This document shows positions 37,556-46,729 of a stretch of 64,000 nt of DNA, one piece after another. The stretch covers positions 3,900 to 67,899 of the forward strand of contig JAYUJM010000096.1 of assembly GCA_043765175.1 (NCBI GenBank), written 5' to 3'. A program made the position numbers and the translations under genes. The stretch comes from Pseudobdellovibrionaceae bacterium. GTDB taxonomy: Bacteria; Bdellovibrionota; Bdellovibrionia; Bdellovibrionales; Bdellovibrionaceae. The notes below the pieces were generated by a model. The model had not been told where the DNA came from and did no database searches. It was given only the letters and a program-made list of their open reading frames with translations. Numbering within the stretch: position 1 is the first letter of the stretch; every line of letters begins with the position of its first letter.

Positions 37556-39136
37556 TTAAAATAAATATTCTAAAGCTAAAGAATAAGATACATTTTTTTG
37601 TTCTAATGAACGAAGTAAATTAGAACTATTTCCATTTCCATCAAAATTTGTATTAATCACTTGATAATTTAACTCTGGTTTCAATTGAAGATTAGAATCC
37701 ATTGCATATATAAAAAACAAATCCATTTTATTTAATTTTGAATCGCCTTTGCCAGAATGAACAGGCTTCTCATTTAAACTTTCAAAAAGTGCCAAATGAA
37801 ATTTTCCACCGATCAGGAATTTATTATCTTCAGTTAATGGAAATTGACCCCCGATATGTATTTTATAGGCGCTTAAAGATGTTGATGTAAACACAGTTGG
37901 ATTAGAATCAGTTAATTGTGTGTTATCACCTAAAATACCTGCGGCAATTTCTAACTGTGGTCCCCAAAAATGACCATTGATTAAATATTTATATCCACCA
38001 ACAAAATCATATTGTGAATTAACAATTGAAATCTTTTCAGGACTTGAACCAGATAAATCATTTCTGACCGATGAATATGTTTGATGAAATAGAACACTTG
38101 CAAACCATTCACTTGTAATCCAAAGCTCTGCACCAAGTTTAATATTAATAGACGTGTTTTTTGATCCCTGATACGCCTTTAATCCACTTTGATTAACTGC
38201 TGCAAGACTAAAATCAGAAATACCGATAGCGGCGCTCATTTTACCATACTGCGGAGCTACTGCAGGAACCCATTCTTGAGCCTCTTTTTCATATTCTAAG
38301 ACTGGCTTTTGACCAACAGCACTCGATTGTTCGTAATCGACATAATTGAGTGGTAATAATTTACTATTTTTCTGAACAACACCAGATTCTTTTTCAAAAG
38401 TAATTTTTCCGAAACTTAAATCACTATCGACTTGAGTAATTAGAATTTGACCTATCACTTCTTTTTCTACACCAATCATAAATTTAGATTTAGGATGACG
38501 TTTTATTGCAAGTATTTGTGCAACTGTTAATCGATCATTTTTTTTTAATCCACTTTTAATACCTAAATTAATTGTTACATTTTGCCCCGTTCGACTGGCA
38601 ATAGTTCCACTATAAGGTAATTTTTGTTTAATATTTAAATAAAGTTTTTCTAAAATTTCATTGTATTTATTTATTTCAAATGTTTTTTCGTCTTGATAAA
38701 AAGATGATAAAAAAAGTTGACCATCTTTAATATACAAATTCATCGTCACATTTAATCCTGATGAACTTTTTGTAGTAATCACAGAAAACAAAGCGTCTGC
38801 ATTCGAACTTTTAAGTATATTTTTAGTGTACTCAGGCTTATCTTCTAGTAAATCAACTTGAAATTTTGAATCACCTAATGGTAATTTAAAATCGATTATT
38901 GACCAAAAATAATCCTGTGAGATGAGATCATTTAGTTTTATTTCAGCTGCTTTTTTATATATACCACCCACATTGTCATAAGCTGGCGCAATTGTTACAG
39001 CTTTCAAACTTAAAAACTGATCAATTTCACTTGTAAAAGTGCTTGGATAAGGATTTTTGTTTTTAAGTGTCTGTGCAGACAATTTAAAACCAATAGAAAA
39101 TAGAATTAAAAGAACAATCAAGATGTTGGTTTTCAT
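37556..39136 (-). CDS. Exported protein with probable C-terminal outer-membrane beta-barrel
   Basis: Signal peptide, FlgT-like middle (VTINLG..GLKKND.L), alternating beta-strands, terminal YSLALEYLF. Confidence 0.55.
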   Translation of the reverse strand: MKTNILIVLLILFSIGFKLSAQTLKNKNPYPSTFTSEIDQFLSLKAVTIAPAYDNVGGIYKKAAEIKLNDLISQDYFWSIIDFKLPLGDSKFQVDLLEDKPEYTKNILKSSNADALFSVITTKSSSGLNVTMNLYIKDGQLFLSSFYQDEKTFEINKYNEILEKLYLNIKQKLPYSGTIASRTGQNVTINLGIKSGLKKNDRLTVAQILAIKRHPKSKFMIGVEKEVIGQILITQVDSDLSFGKITFEKESGVVQKNSKLLPLNYVDYEQSSAVGQKPVLEYEKEAQEWVPAVAPQYGKMSAAIGISDFSLAAVNQSGLKAYQGSKNTSINIKLGAELWITSEWFASVLFHQTYSSVRNDLSGSSPEKISIVNSQYDFVGGYKYLINGHFWGPQLEIAAGILGDNTQLTDSNPTVFTSTSLSAYKIHIGGQFPLTEDNKFLIGGKFHLALFESLNEKPVHSGKGDSKLNKMDLFFIYAMDSNLQLKPELNYQVINTNFDGNGNSSNLLRSLEQKNVSYSLALEYLF

Positions 39137-39253
39137 TCTTTTATTCTGACGTTATTCACAAAAACAATCAACTAGTCCGGCCTTAAGACAAGCTCAACAA
39201 GATACTATTTTGATAACTGCTTTTTAAGTATTAAACTGAGTAAGCAAATAAGT

Positions 39254-39583
39254 TTGAAATATAAAAAGGATTTTATGGAAGAATTTAAATTTGTTATCAG
39301 AAGTTTAGTATTAGCTAGCCTTATTATAATAGTTTCACAATATCAATGGAACAACGAAACATTAGAATCAAAAGCCCAAACTTTTTTTGTAGAATCAAGT
39401 ACAGCTGAATATTTGCGTGAAGCCGCCGCCGGAGGAGTTAAATTCATTAAAGAATCTGGCCAGAAAAGTTATGCCTATATAAACCATAAGTTTTTTAGTA
39501 AAGACAAAGCTAACAGAAATCCTTCGTTAAATAAAAATGCAGAGCCTGAATTATATCCAGACTCTGTTATTGAAGAATATTAG
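39254..39583 (+). CDS. Small membrane-anchored hypothetical protein
   Basis: N-terminal TM FVIRSLVLASLIIIVSQY; start probably ATG near 39275. Confidence 0.6.
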   Translation: MKYKKDFMEEFKFVIRSLVLASLIIIVSQYQWNNETLESKAQTFFVESSTAEYLREAAAGGVKFIKESGQKSYAYINHKFFSKDKANRNPSLNKNAEPELYPDSVIEEY

Positions 39584-39584
39584 A

Positions 39585-39761
39585 TTATTTCTTACCAGCA
39601 ACAGGAGCTGTTGATGATGAAGATTGAGTGTTTACTTTTCCAGGAACAAAAGCTGTCTTATCGCTACGTAAACCATTGTTTGAAAAATTTCTCATGCACT
39701 GAGCTTGTGAAACTGAAGCAGCTGCTAATACTAGTAACAAAGACCCGATAAATGATTTCAT
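39585..39761 (-). CDS. Unannotated 58-aa secreted peptide related to the Hit/Bd0108-like protein
   Basis: Hand translation MKSFIGSLLLVLAAASVSQAQCMRNFSNNGLRSDKTAFVPGKVNTQSSSSTAPVAGKK; AAGGAG RBS; signal peptide ending SQA. Confidence 0.85.
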   Translation of the reverse strand: MKSFIGSLLLVLAAASVSQAQCMRNFSNNGLRSDKTAFVPGKVNTQSSSSTAPVAGKK

Positions 39762-39803
39762 ATAAACTCCTTCGTTTAATTAGTTATTCGTTAAAATAAG
39801 TAA

Positions 39804-39819
39804 TGCTAAAGAAGTGCCA
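39804..39819 (-). promoter_or_regulatory. sigma54-type promoter of the 58-aa peptide gene
   Basis: Minus strand TGGCAC-TTCTT-TAGCA (GG-N10-GC; one mismatch), 43 nt upstream of ATG. Confidence 0.55.
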
Positions 39820-39872
39820 AGGCTATTTGAGTGTGCTGTTTGTTTATATGAGTATTATTAATAAGTTATAAT

Positions 39873-39895
39873 GTCGTTTCATCCTGAGAAACGAC
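39873..39895. promoter_or_regulatory. Inverted repeat (terminator or operator) between hit-like gene and peptide gene
   Basis: GTCGTTTC-N7-GAAACGAC, T-run on the + side only. Confidence 0.45.
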
Positions 39896-39964
39896 TAATT
39901 TTTTTACATATTTTGTTTTGAATTAGACAGATGTATCTAAATGAAACGCTTATTATAAACCTGT

Positions 39965-40237
39965 TTATCGCGTGCCTTTGGCATTCGTTGACGAACCGTT
40001 AGGATCTGTTTTGCTTTTACCAGGCTGAGCTATATTTTTGCCATCAGTTAAACGACGATTTGAATTTTGGCATGTTACACAGGCGCCATGATTTACTCCT
40101 GGAACTAATGCGTTTGCCTCAGATTCACTACTGCCTTTATTCATTGCTAAATTAGGATCCTCTCCAGATCCTGCAAAAACCAAATTAGATACAAAAAATA
40201 ATAATAAAAACAAAAATTTCATAAAATGCCTTTCCAT
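39965..40237 (-). CDS. Hit-locus small secreted disordered protein, Bd0108-like
   Basis: Signal peptide, GEDPN motif, CVTC (CxxC), G/S/T/K-rich tail; immediately downstream of the YD-repeat gene as in the B. bacteriovorus hit locus. Likely start ATG 40222. Confidence 0.8.
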   Translation of the reverse strand: MERHFMKFLFLLLFFVSNLVFAGSGEDPNLAMNKGSSESEANALVPGVNHGACVTCQNSNRRLTDGKNIAQPGKSKTDPNGSSTNAKGTR

Positions 40238-41916
40238 TATAAATATAACTCTTGAGTCGCAGGAGCAATCACATCAAGCAAATTATTAAATGCACTGGCC
40301 ACTTGAGAAGCCACAGTAGGTCCATCTGGGCTATCTACTTTTTGAATTTCTCCAGTAGGCTTATAAATAACTTTTATAGTACCTAAACCCGGGCGAGTGA
40401 CTATCGACGGTTTTCCATAGCGCTCTTCGTAATCGATTTTTACAACTTTTTTAGCTTGATCAGTAATTGTTTGAATGCGTCCTTTTAAATCGTAGGTCAT
40501 TACTATTTTTTGACCTTCAGTGTTTTCGGCGTTGACCAAATTACCCTTAGCATCATATTTAAATTGTGTTGTTTTTGATGAGATCTGTTTATTTTTATCA
40601 TTCATTAAAATTGATTTCACAGAAGACACTTTTTTATTAGTATCGTCATATGAATATTCAATTTTTGTTAAACCTGCTGTTTTTGCTTTAACTAAACCGT
40701 CAGCAAAATACTCAAAATCAACGCGATCTGCATTGTTTTTTATAGTAATTGGTTTGCCAAGTGTTTCGTGATAAGTAATATCACGAGTATTTCCGTTTGT
40801 AACAGTTTGCACACGTGATAAAATCACTTCACCAGTAGCTAATTGTTTGTGCCAAAATTCATACCTATTATTTGCTACTGTTTCTTTTCCACAAACTTTT
40901 TTTGCTGTTGACCAGTAGTTGTATTTTGGATTTGTAGTTGAAACTTCATATTTATAGCTTTCTACACATTTTTCACGATCTGTAAAACTTGTTACCCAAT
41001 CTTTTACATTGTCATATTTAATCGCCACAAAAGTTTTATCTGGCCAGCTGGCCTTAGTCATATTGTGGAATTCATTATATTCAAAGTTATAAACATCAGT
41101 GTCTTTTTTAGCCCAAGCATTTTTATTCCAAATAAGATCATCCTGTTGATTATATTTATATTCAGAAACTAAACTGTTAGGTCCTGTAATTTTTTGAACT
41201 TTTTTATTTGGAAAATATTTAAAATTTATTTTTCTAGAATTATTATCTTCAATTTGTGTTAACAAATTGTTTAGATATTCAAATTTTAAAAAATTGCCAT
41301 TTTTATCATACATATGAGTCAGTTTGCCATCAGTCGAAAAGCGCTGATAGCTTCCATCAACAAGGGTTCTGGTATAAACACCTTTTGATAAAACAACATT
41401 TTCGACTTCTTTACCATTTGCTGATAATTTTTGTCCTTCTTTAATTGTAACGCCCAAACCATATTGATTTGCATAGTTAGATCTAATTTCTTGATCATCA
41501 AATAATTGCGTTTTTAAATTAGTCCAATATTCAGCACTACTGGAAGAAAATTTTTTATCAGCTTTCATTTTAGCTATAATAGAAGTTATTGTTTTATCGA
41601 CTTCTGCTTTGGTTAGTTCTTTTGCAGAAAATATAATTTCCTGACCATCGCCACATTCAGAAATTTTAACTGATCCCTCTGCCGTCAATTGAAGTTTAGT
41701 TTCATATTCTGAACACCATCCAAAACCAAACATGCCATTATAAATTGTCCGACTTTTATACGCACGCAAAATTCGCATATCATAACCATTACCTGGTATT
41801 TCCATATCAACCCATGAATTTGTATAACCTGCGTTGTTCATATCAACTAAGCCATAAGCTTTCATCGACAATAAACCTAAACATATAACCATCAATTTTT
41901 TAAAGTTCATATCCAT
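40237..41916 (-). CDS. YD/RHS-repeat exported protein, Bd0109-like (DUF6531-type N-terminus)
   Basis: Signal peptide; RAYKSR..YNGMFGFGWCS.YET; YDKNGN, YNQQDDL, YDAKGNL, YDLKGRI repeats; no PxxxxDPxG cleavage motif or toxin tip. Confidence 0.85.
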   Translation of the reverse strand: MDMNFKKLMVICLGLLSMKAYGLVDMNNAGYTNSWVDMEIPGNGYDMRILRAYKSRTIYNGMFGFGWCSEYETKLQLTAEGSVKISECGDGQEIIFSAKELTKAEVDKTITSIIAKMKADKKFSSSSAEYWTNLKTQLFDDQEIRSNYANQYGLGVTIKEGQKLSANGKEVENVVLSKGVYTRTLVDGSYQRFSTDGKLTHMYDKNGNFLKFEYLNNLLTQIEDNNSRKINFKYFPNKKVQKITGPNSLVSEYKYNQQDDLIWNKNAWAKKDTDVYNFEYNEFHNMTKASWPDKTFVAIKYDNVKDWVTSFTDREKCVESYKYEVSTTNPKYNYWSTAKKVCGKETVANNRYEFWHKQLATGEVILSRVQTVTNGNTRDITYHETLGKPITIKNNADRVDFEYFADGLVKAKTAGLTKIEYSYDDTNKKVSSVKSILMNDKNKQISSKTTQFKYDAKGNLVNAENTEGQKIVMTYDLKGRIQTITDQAKKVVKIDYEERYGKPSIVTRPGLGTIKVIYKPTGEIQKVDSPDGPTVASQVASAFNNLLDVIAPATQELYL

Positions 41917-41938
41917 ATATCCTTTTTAAAACTTTATA

Positions 41939-42817
41939 TCAGACTTTAATTGTAACAATTTTTTTAATCATGACTCCACCTAAAATTTGTAATCCTAGCA
42001 TTCCGGCTAGTATCACTAGACCTAAGGTTGTATTAAACATAGGTTTCATATAGGCAGGATCTACTGCAAAGAAAACAGCACCTAAAATAAAAGGAATTGA
42101 AGTGACTATTATTCCTTGCATGACTCCTTGAGCTGTCATTGCGGAGATTTTTTTTTCAAGCTTTTGTCGTTCTCGAATTGTGCTCACAATAGTTGTGAAT
42201 GTTTCAGATAAATTTCCACCAGTTTCTTTTAAGATATTGATGGCCGTTACAAACATTTGAACATCTGGGCGAGGAATTCTTTCGCCTAAGTCAGTTAAAG
42301 CTTCTTCAAAACTTTGACCGAATTGCGTTTGTGTAATGACTTGTGCAAACTCCGATTTAATTGGGTTTGCCATGATGTCGACAACTCTTTGCATTGATTG
42401 TTGCGGATTAGATCCAGACTTAATTCCATTTCCCATAATTGTTAAAGCATCTACCATTTGATCAACAAATTGGGTGCACTTTTTTTCGTATAAATGTTTA
42501 TAAATCATCGGTACTACTTGAAAACCTGCTATTCCCATAGATAAACCAAAAAATGAAGCCATTGCAATATTTGGCAAGCATAAAATAAAAAATAAAAACC
42601 CTAAACCAAAAGTTGTAATCAATAACAATCGAGTTACTTTTTTTTCGTCAACTTCCATTCCAAGTAATTTCATGTGTAAAATAATTTGTGATTTTCTACT
42701 AATACTTTTTGCATAGACTTTGGTAAAAATTTTATCGGCCCAAATATAAATAGCCGCAAAAACAGATAAACCAAATAATGGCAGCATTATCCATTCATTT
42801 GCAAGAAGCTGATGCAT
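41939..42817 (-). CDS. tadB: Tad inner-membrane platform protein TadB (T2SS F family)
   Basis: FVDQMVDAL.IMGNGIKSG, ETGGNLSETF..I..TIRERQKLEKKI.AMTAQG; TM helices. Confidence 0.92.
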   Translation of the reverse strand: MHQLLANEWIMLPLFGLSVFAAIYIWADKIFTKVYAKSISRKSQIILHMKLLGMEVDEKKVTRLLLITTFGLGFLFFILCLPNIAMASFFGLSMGIAGFQVVPMIYKHLYEKKCTQFVDQMVDALTIMGNGIKSGSNPQQSMQRVVDIMANPIKSEFAQVITQTQFGQSFEEALTDLGERIPRPDVQMFVTAINILKETGGNLSETFTTIVSTIRERQKLEKKISAMTAQGVMQGIIVTSIPFILGAVFFAVDPAYMKPMFNTTLGLVILAGMLGLQILGGVMIKKIVTIKV

Positions 42818-42819
42818 GC

Positions 42820-45003
42820 TTAGCTCACTTTCTTTGTGGCTGTTATATTATTTGAAGGAACTGATGTAACAACTGGTTTAGGTACTTCATTGGAAAATAT
42901 TTCCATTGGAATATGTCCGCCTTTATCTTTTATTTCTTGAACAAAAGAAGGTACTGTTCCTGTCGCTTGAAATTGTCCTAATATTTTTCTATTTTTATCA
43001 TATCCAGTTTCTTTAAATCTAAATATTTCACCTAAACTAATTATATCACCCTGCATACCAAGAACTTCAGTAATGCTTATTATTTTTCGACTTCCATCAG
43101 ATAAACGAACGATTTGCACTATCAAATCCACAGCACCGGCGATTTGTTCACGAATAGCTCGAAGTGGCAAATCAAGTCCTGACATCATTACTAAAGTTTC
43201 TAAACGCGCTACACATTCTCGGGGTGAATTCGCGTGAGTTGTTGTCATTGAACCGTCATGGCCTGTATTCATCGCTTGGAGCATATCTAAAGCTGCTCCA
43301 TCACGTGTTTCTCCGACAACAATTCGATCAGGTCGCATTCGTAAAGCATTTTTAATTAAATCTCGAATTGTGACTGCATTTGTACCTTCCATCGAGGGTG
43401 GTCGTGTTTCAAGTCTGACAACATGTTCTTGCATCATTTGTAATTCAGCAGCATCTTCGACTGTTATGATTCTTTCATGTGATGGAATAAATTGTGATAT
43501 CATATTTAGCAATGAAGTTTTTCCTGAGCCTGTACCACCGCTAATAACAACGTTATATCCATATTCAACTGAAATTTTTAAAAACTCTAACATATTTAAG
43601 GTTGCACTACCGTAGTCGGCATACTTTTGTGGTGAAATTCCACCTTTTTTAAATTTTCGAATAGTTAATGCAGGTCCATCTAAGGCTAATGGTTCAATAA
43701 CAGCATTCACACGACTTCCATCTTTCAAGCGGGCATCAACGTAAGGTGATGCACTATTAATTTGTCGACCAAGTGGCGTTACAATGCGTTCAATAATTCT
43801 TCTTAAATGATCGTTTGATGTAAACTTAATTCCGCTGAGTTGGACTTTACCACTTTTTTCAACAAAAATCTTCGAGGCTCCGTTAACCATAATTTCTGAA
43901 ATGCTTGGATCTGCCAACATATCTTCTAGTGGACCTAAACCAAGTGCTTCTTCTAAAACTTCTTTCACCATTTTTTGTCGATCTTCTCGGGCCAAATCAG
44001 GTGCTTCTTTATCAACTATTTGTCCGATATCTCGTTGAGTTTTAGCACGAACTTCTTTTTCTTTTCCTTCGCTATCACCAGCTTCAGCAAGAATCTTTTT
44101 CAAATCCACAGTGCGAATAAGTTCTGAATGAACTCTTAATTTTAATAAAGTTCTAGCATCATAACCATTCGGGTTATTTGAACTATTCACTGCTTCTGCG
44201 TTACTAGCTGCTACTGGATTAGTCGCTTTAGGTTTTTGCAAAGTTTTTAATTTTTGCAAAGTACCGCTACTCAGCTTGCGTATAAAATCAAAATAAGCAT
44301 TTGAAATAGGACTTTTAGGATTTGTAACAACAAAGGGTTTCGACTGAACAAGGGATGCCATAGTTGTATTTTCATCTGATGGTATCATTCCCATTGGCAC
44401 TAATCCCAAATGTTGAGAAATCAACTGTGGTTGTAAACCATTAGATCCAAATTTATTAATAACCAGCTGAAACATTTCTTTTGGATAAGTATTCGTCAAT
44501 AATTCATTTATTAATCTTTGAGTTTGTTGAACAACTAATATTTCTGGAGTAGTCACAATTGTAATGGCTGTGGCATCTTGTAGAATTGCATTTTGCATTG
44601 GACCAATATCATTTCCACAATCAACAACAATAAACTTAAAACTTCTTGAAAAAAATTCAATCAGCTTTGATAAATTTTCAGGACTTACGCTAAGTATTTC
44701 ATCTGGTCCGCGCACAGCGCCTAAAAAAGAAAAACCTGCTGGATGTTGTGCTACAATTTGTTGTATTGGTGTTGCATTTAAAGATTGTGTAGAATTAGCT
44801 AGCTCACGCAATGTTTTAACTGGTTTTAGTCCAGTAATAATATTTTGATCACCTGCGCTTTTGCTATCACAATCAATAAGTAAAACAGGAGTACGTAATT
44901 CTTGAGTCATTGCCGCAGTCAAGTTTGCAGCAAAAATTGATTTACCAACTCCGCCTTTACCGCCGACTATTGCAATTAAACTACAATTTGGATTCAATGC
45001 CAT
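42820..45003 (-). CDS. tadA: TadZ/CpaE (MinD/ParA-like)-TadA/CpaF ATPase fusion
   Basis: N-terminal GGKGGVGKS deviant Walker A; C-terminal LGLGPLE..L.DP.ISEIMVNG, SGGTGSGKT, LRMRPDRIVVGE, AMNTGHDGS. Confidence 0.93.
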   Translation of the reverse strand: MALNPNCSLIAIVGGKGGVGKSIFAANLTAAMTQELRTPVLLIDCDSKSAGDQNIITGLKPVKTLRELANSTQSLNATPIQQIVAQHPAGFSFLGAVRGPDEILSVSPENLSKLIEFFSRSFKFIVVDCGNDIGPMQNAILQDATAITIVTTPEILVVQQTQRLINELLTNTYPKEMFQLVINKFGSNGLQPQLISQHLGLVPMGMIPSDENTTMASLVQSKPFVVTNPKSPISNAYFDFIRKLSSGTLQKLKTLQKPKATNPVAASNAEAVNSSNNPNGYDARTLLKLRVHSELIRTVDLKKILAEAGDSEGKEKEVRAKTQRDIGQIVDKEAPDLAREDRQKMVKEVLEEALGLGPLEDMLADPSISEIMVNGASKIFVEKSGKVQLSGIKFTSNDHLRRIIERIVTPLGRQINSASPYVDARLKDGSRVNAVIEPLALDGPALTIRKFKKGGISPQKYADYGSATLNMLEFLKISVEYGYNVVISGGTGSGKTSLLNMISQFIPSHERIITVEDAAELQMMQEHVVRLETRPPSMEGTNAVTIRDLIKNALRMRPDRIVVGETRDGAALDMLQAMNTGHDGSMTTTHANSPRECVARLETLVMMSGLDLPLRAIREQIAGAVDLIVQIVRLSDGSRKIISITEVLGMQGDIISLGEIFRFKETGYDKNRKILGQFQATGTVPSFVQEIKDKGGHIPMEIFSNEVPKPVVTSVPSNNITATKKVS

Positions 45004-45022
45004 AATTTTTTATCCTCAGATT

Positions 45023-46729
45023 TTATTCTTTTAATCTAAATTTTTTCTTAACTTGTTCAACGCCAGCACTTGCAGAGGATTTAATAATTGGTGTCACAAA
45101 GACAACGAAATTTCCACCATCTTTACGATACCCTTTGCCAGCAGATAAAGTGAGTAATGCTTTCGGATCAGTTGGTATTCCGTAATCATTTGAACTTGAT
45201 TTGCTAATCACACCACCAAATGCAGCACTTTGACGATCACGTACAGTAATTGTTGTTGAAATATTAGTGGTCGGAGTAAGTGTGTCACCAGTTGTTGTAG
45301 ATGAAACGACTAGGCCACCTAATTTAACTAGTCCAGCTCGAGGCTGCGTGATTTCCGGTTTAACAGAAACGCTAACAGAACTAACAGCACCATTTTGACT
45401 ATTTTTAGAACTTAAAGTTCTTGCAATAGTCGCCTGTCCTTTATTTTCTGTTAATACAGAAGCCGTGTCTAAGACTTTTAAAAATCCGTGGGTTTTTCCC
45501 CATTGAATTTTAGGAAAAATATTTTGGACAAGGGCCGCTAATGAATCAATACTGTTTTGTGATTGCTGAGCTGTATTCAATTGTAAGGCACTAGTCGTTG
45601 AAATAATGGGTTGAAAATCAAATTTAAAATTTTTCGCATATCTTTCACTAAATTCAACAAAGTGGACTACTATTTGAATCATCTTTTCAGGTGGTTCTTC
45701 CTTGTCTTCAGCTTTTCGAACATTGATTAAATTTAATATGTAATCTCCAGCTCCGCCGGTGATACTTCGATCTTTAATTAATAAATTTGGAACGCCACCC
45801 ATATTTGTATTTGTCACTGAAGCGGGTAGGTAAATAGCCACCAAATCTTGAACTCGAGTTTTTTCTTCTTGGCTATTTACAGTGCCTTCAAGCTTAATGT
45901 AATCGCCCACAACAGTGATAGTGACTTCGGGATTATTAATTTCACGCGCGATGTAATCCACAATTCTTTTTCTGGCGACAGGACTTAGTGTCACTAAACT
46001 TTTCACTGCGATAGGAGCAGTTCCTGCAGCAGCCCCTCCTGCTGTTCCAGGAGTTTGTCCATATGTTGTAATTACACTTCCTAATCGATTTAAATCTTGG
46101 GGTAACATGACGTAGCCATCGATGACAACGCCACCATTCACCGCTTTAAATTCCAGGCCTTCGATGTCAATTAATAGCGCTTTTAAATCACGTATGGCTT
46201 TATCAACTGCAGAGTCCCGAATATCTAAATGGAGTTCTGCATATATTTGACCTGTTTTTTTATTGTGTAATGTCACTATTCCGCTGGCAGCAGCTAGGGG
46301 CTCAATTCGAAAAATATCTGAATTTTTAATTCGCGCAATACTAATCATTGTTTGACCCACAGGAAGTATTTTCAAAGGCTGACTTGGTATTAATATTTCT
46401 TCATCTATTTTAACACCTTTTATCAATGATAAATGACGGCGAATTCTTCTTTTATTTGGTAAGGCTTCTGCTAAAATTTTAACGGGTTCTTTTGAATCTT
46501 CTAAATATTCATCTTCAACAGCTGATTGAACAAGTGTTGATTCAACTGGTGGCTTCGGTTCTACAGGATTATCTATCCCGTTTTGAGCCCACAAATTTTG
46601 AAATAAAAAAATAAATAAAAAATAAATTTTTAACTTATTGAACTTGAATAAATAACTATTTTCCTGGTTTAATTTGTCCACCATTATAGTTTGGCTGAAT
46701 TTGCGTTGGAAATCCACTGGACTGGCCAA
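45023..46729 (-). CDS. rcpA: Tad secretin RcpA/CpaC with BON-like domains
   Basis: N-terminal Ig-like segment, IKLEGTVNSQEEK BON pattern, MIQIVVHFVE..AAFGGVI..FVVFVTP secretin core. True start probably near 46687, not 46729. Confidence 0.8.
   Translation of the reverse strand: MASPVDFQRKFSQTIMVDKLNQENSYLFKFNKLKIYFLFIFLFQNLWAQNGIDNPVEPKPPVESTLVQSAVEDEYLEDSKEPVKILAEALPNKRRIRRHLSLIKGVKIDEEILIPSQPLKILPVGQTMISIARIKNSDIFRIEPLAAASGIVTLHNKKTGQIYAELHLDIRDSAVDKAIRDLKALLIDIEGLEFKAVNGGVVIDGYVMLPQDLNRLGSVITTYGQTPGTAGGAAAGTAPIAVKSLVTLSPVARKRIVDYIAREINNPEVTITVVGDYIKLEGTVNSQEEKTRVQDLVAIYLPASVTNTNMGGVPNLLIKDRSITGGAGDYILNLINVRKAEDKEEPPEKMIQIVVHFVEFSERYAKNFKFDFQPIISTTSALQLNTAQQSQNSIDSLAALVQNIFPKIQWGKTHGFLKVLDTASVLTENKGQATIARTLSSKNSQNGAVSSVSVSVKPEITQPRAGLVKLGGLVVSSTTTGDTLTPTTNISTTITVRDRQSAAFGGVISKSSSNDYGIPTDPKALLTLSAGKGYRKDGGNFVVFVTPIIKSSASAGVEQVKKKFRLKE

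Noticed and set aside
40237-41916. RHS polymorphic toxin with immunity gene
   Set aside because: No DPxG cleavage motif or toxin tip; the downstream gene is Hit-like, not an immunity protein.
46688-46729. N-terminal extension of the secretin ORF
   Set aside because: It overlaps deep into cpaB; a later start gives a normal signal peptide.
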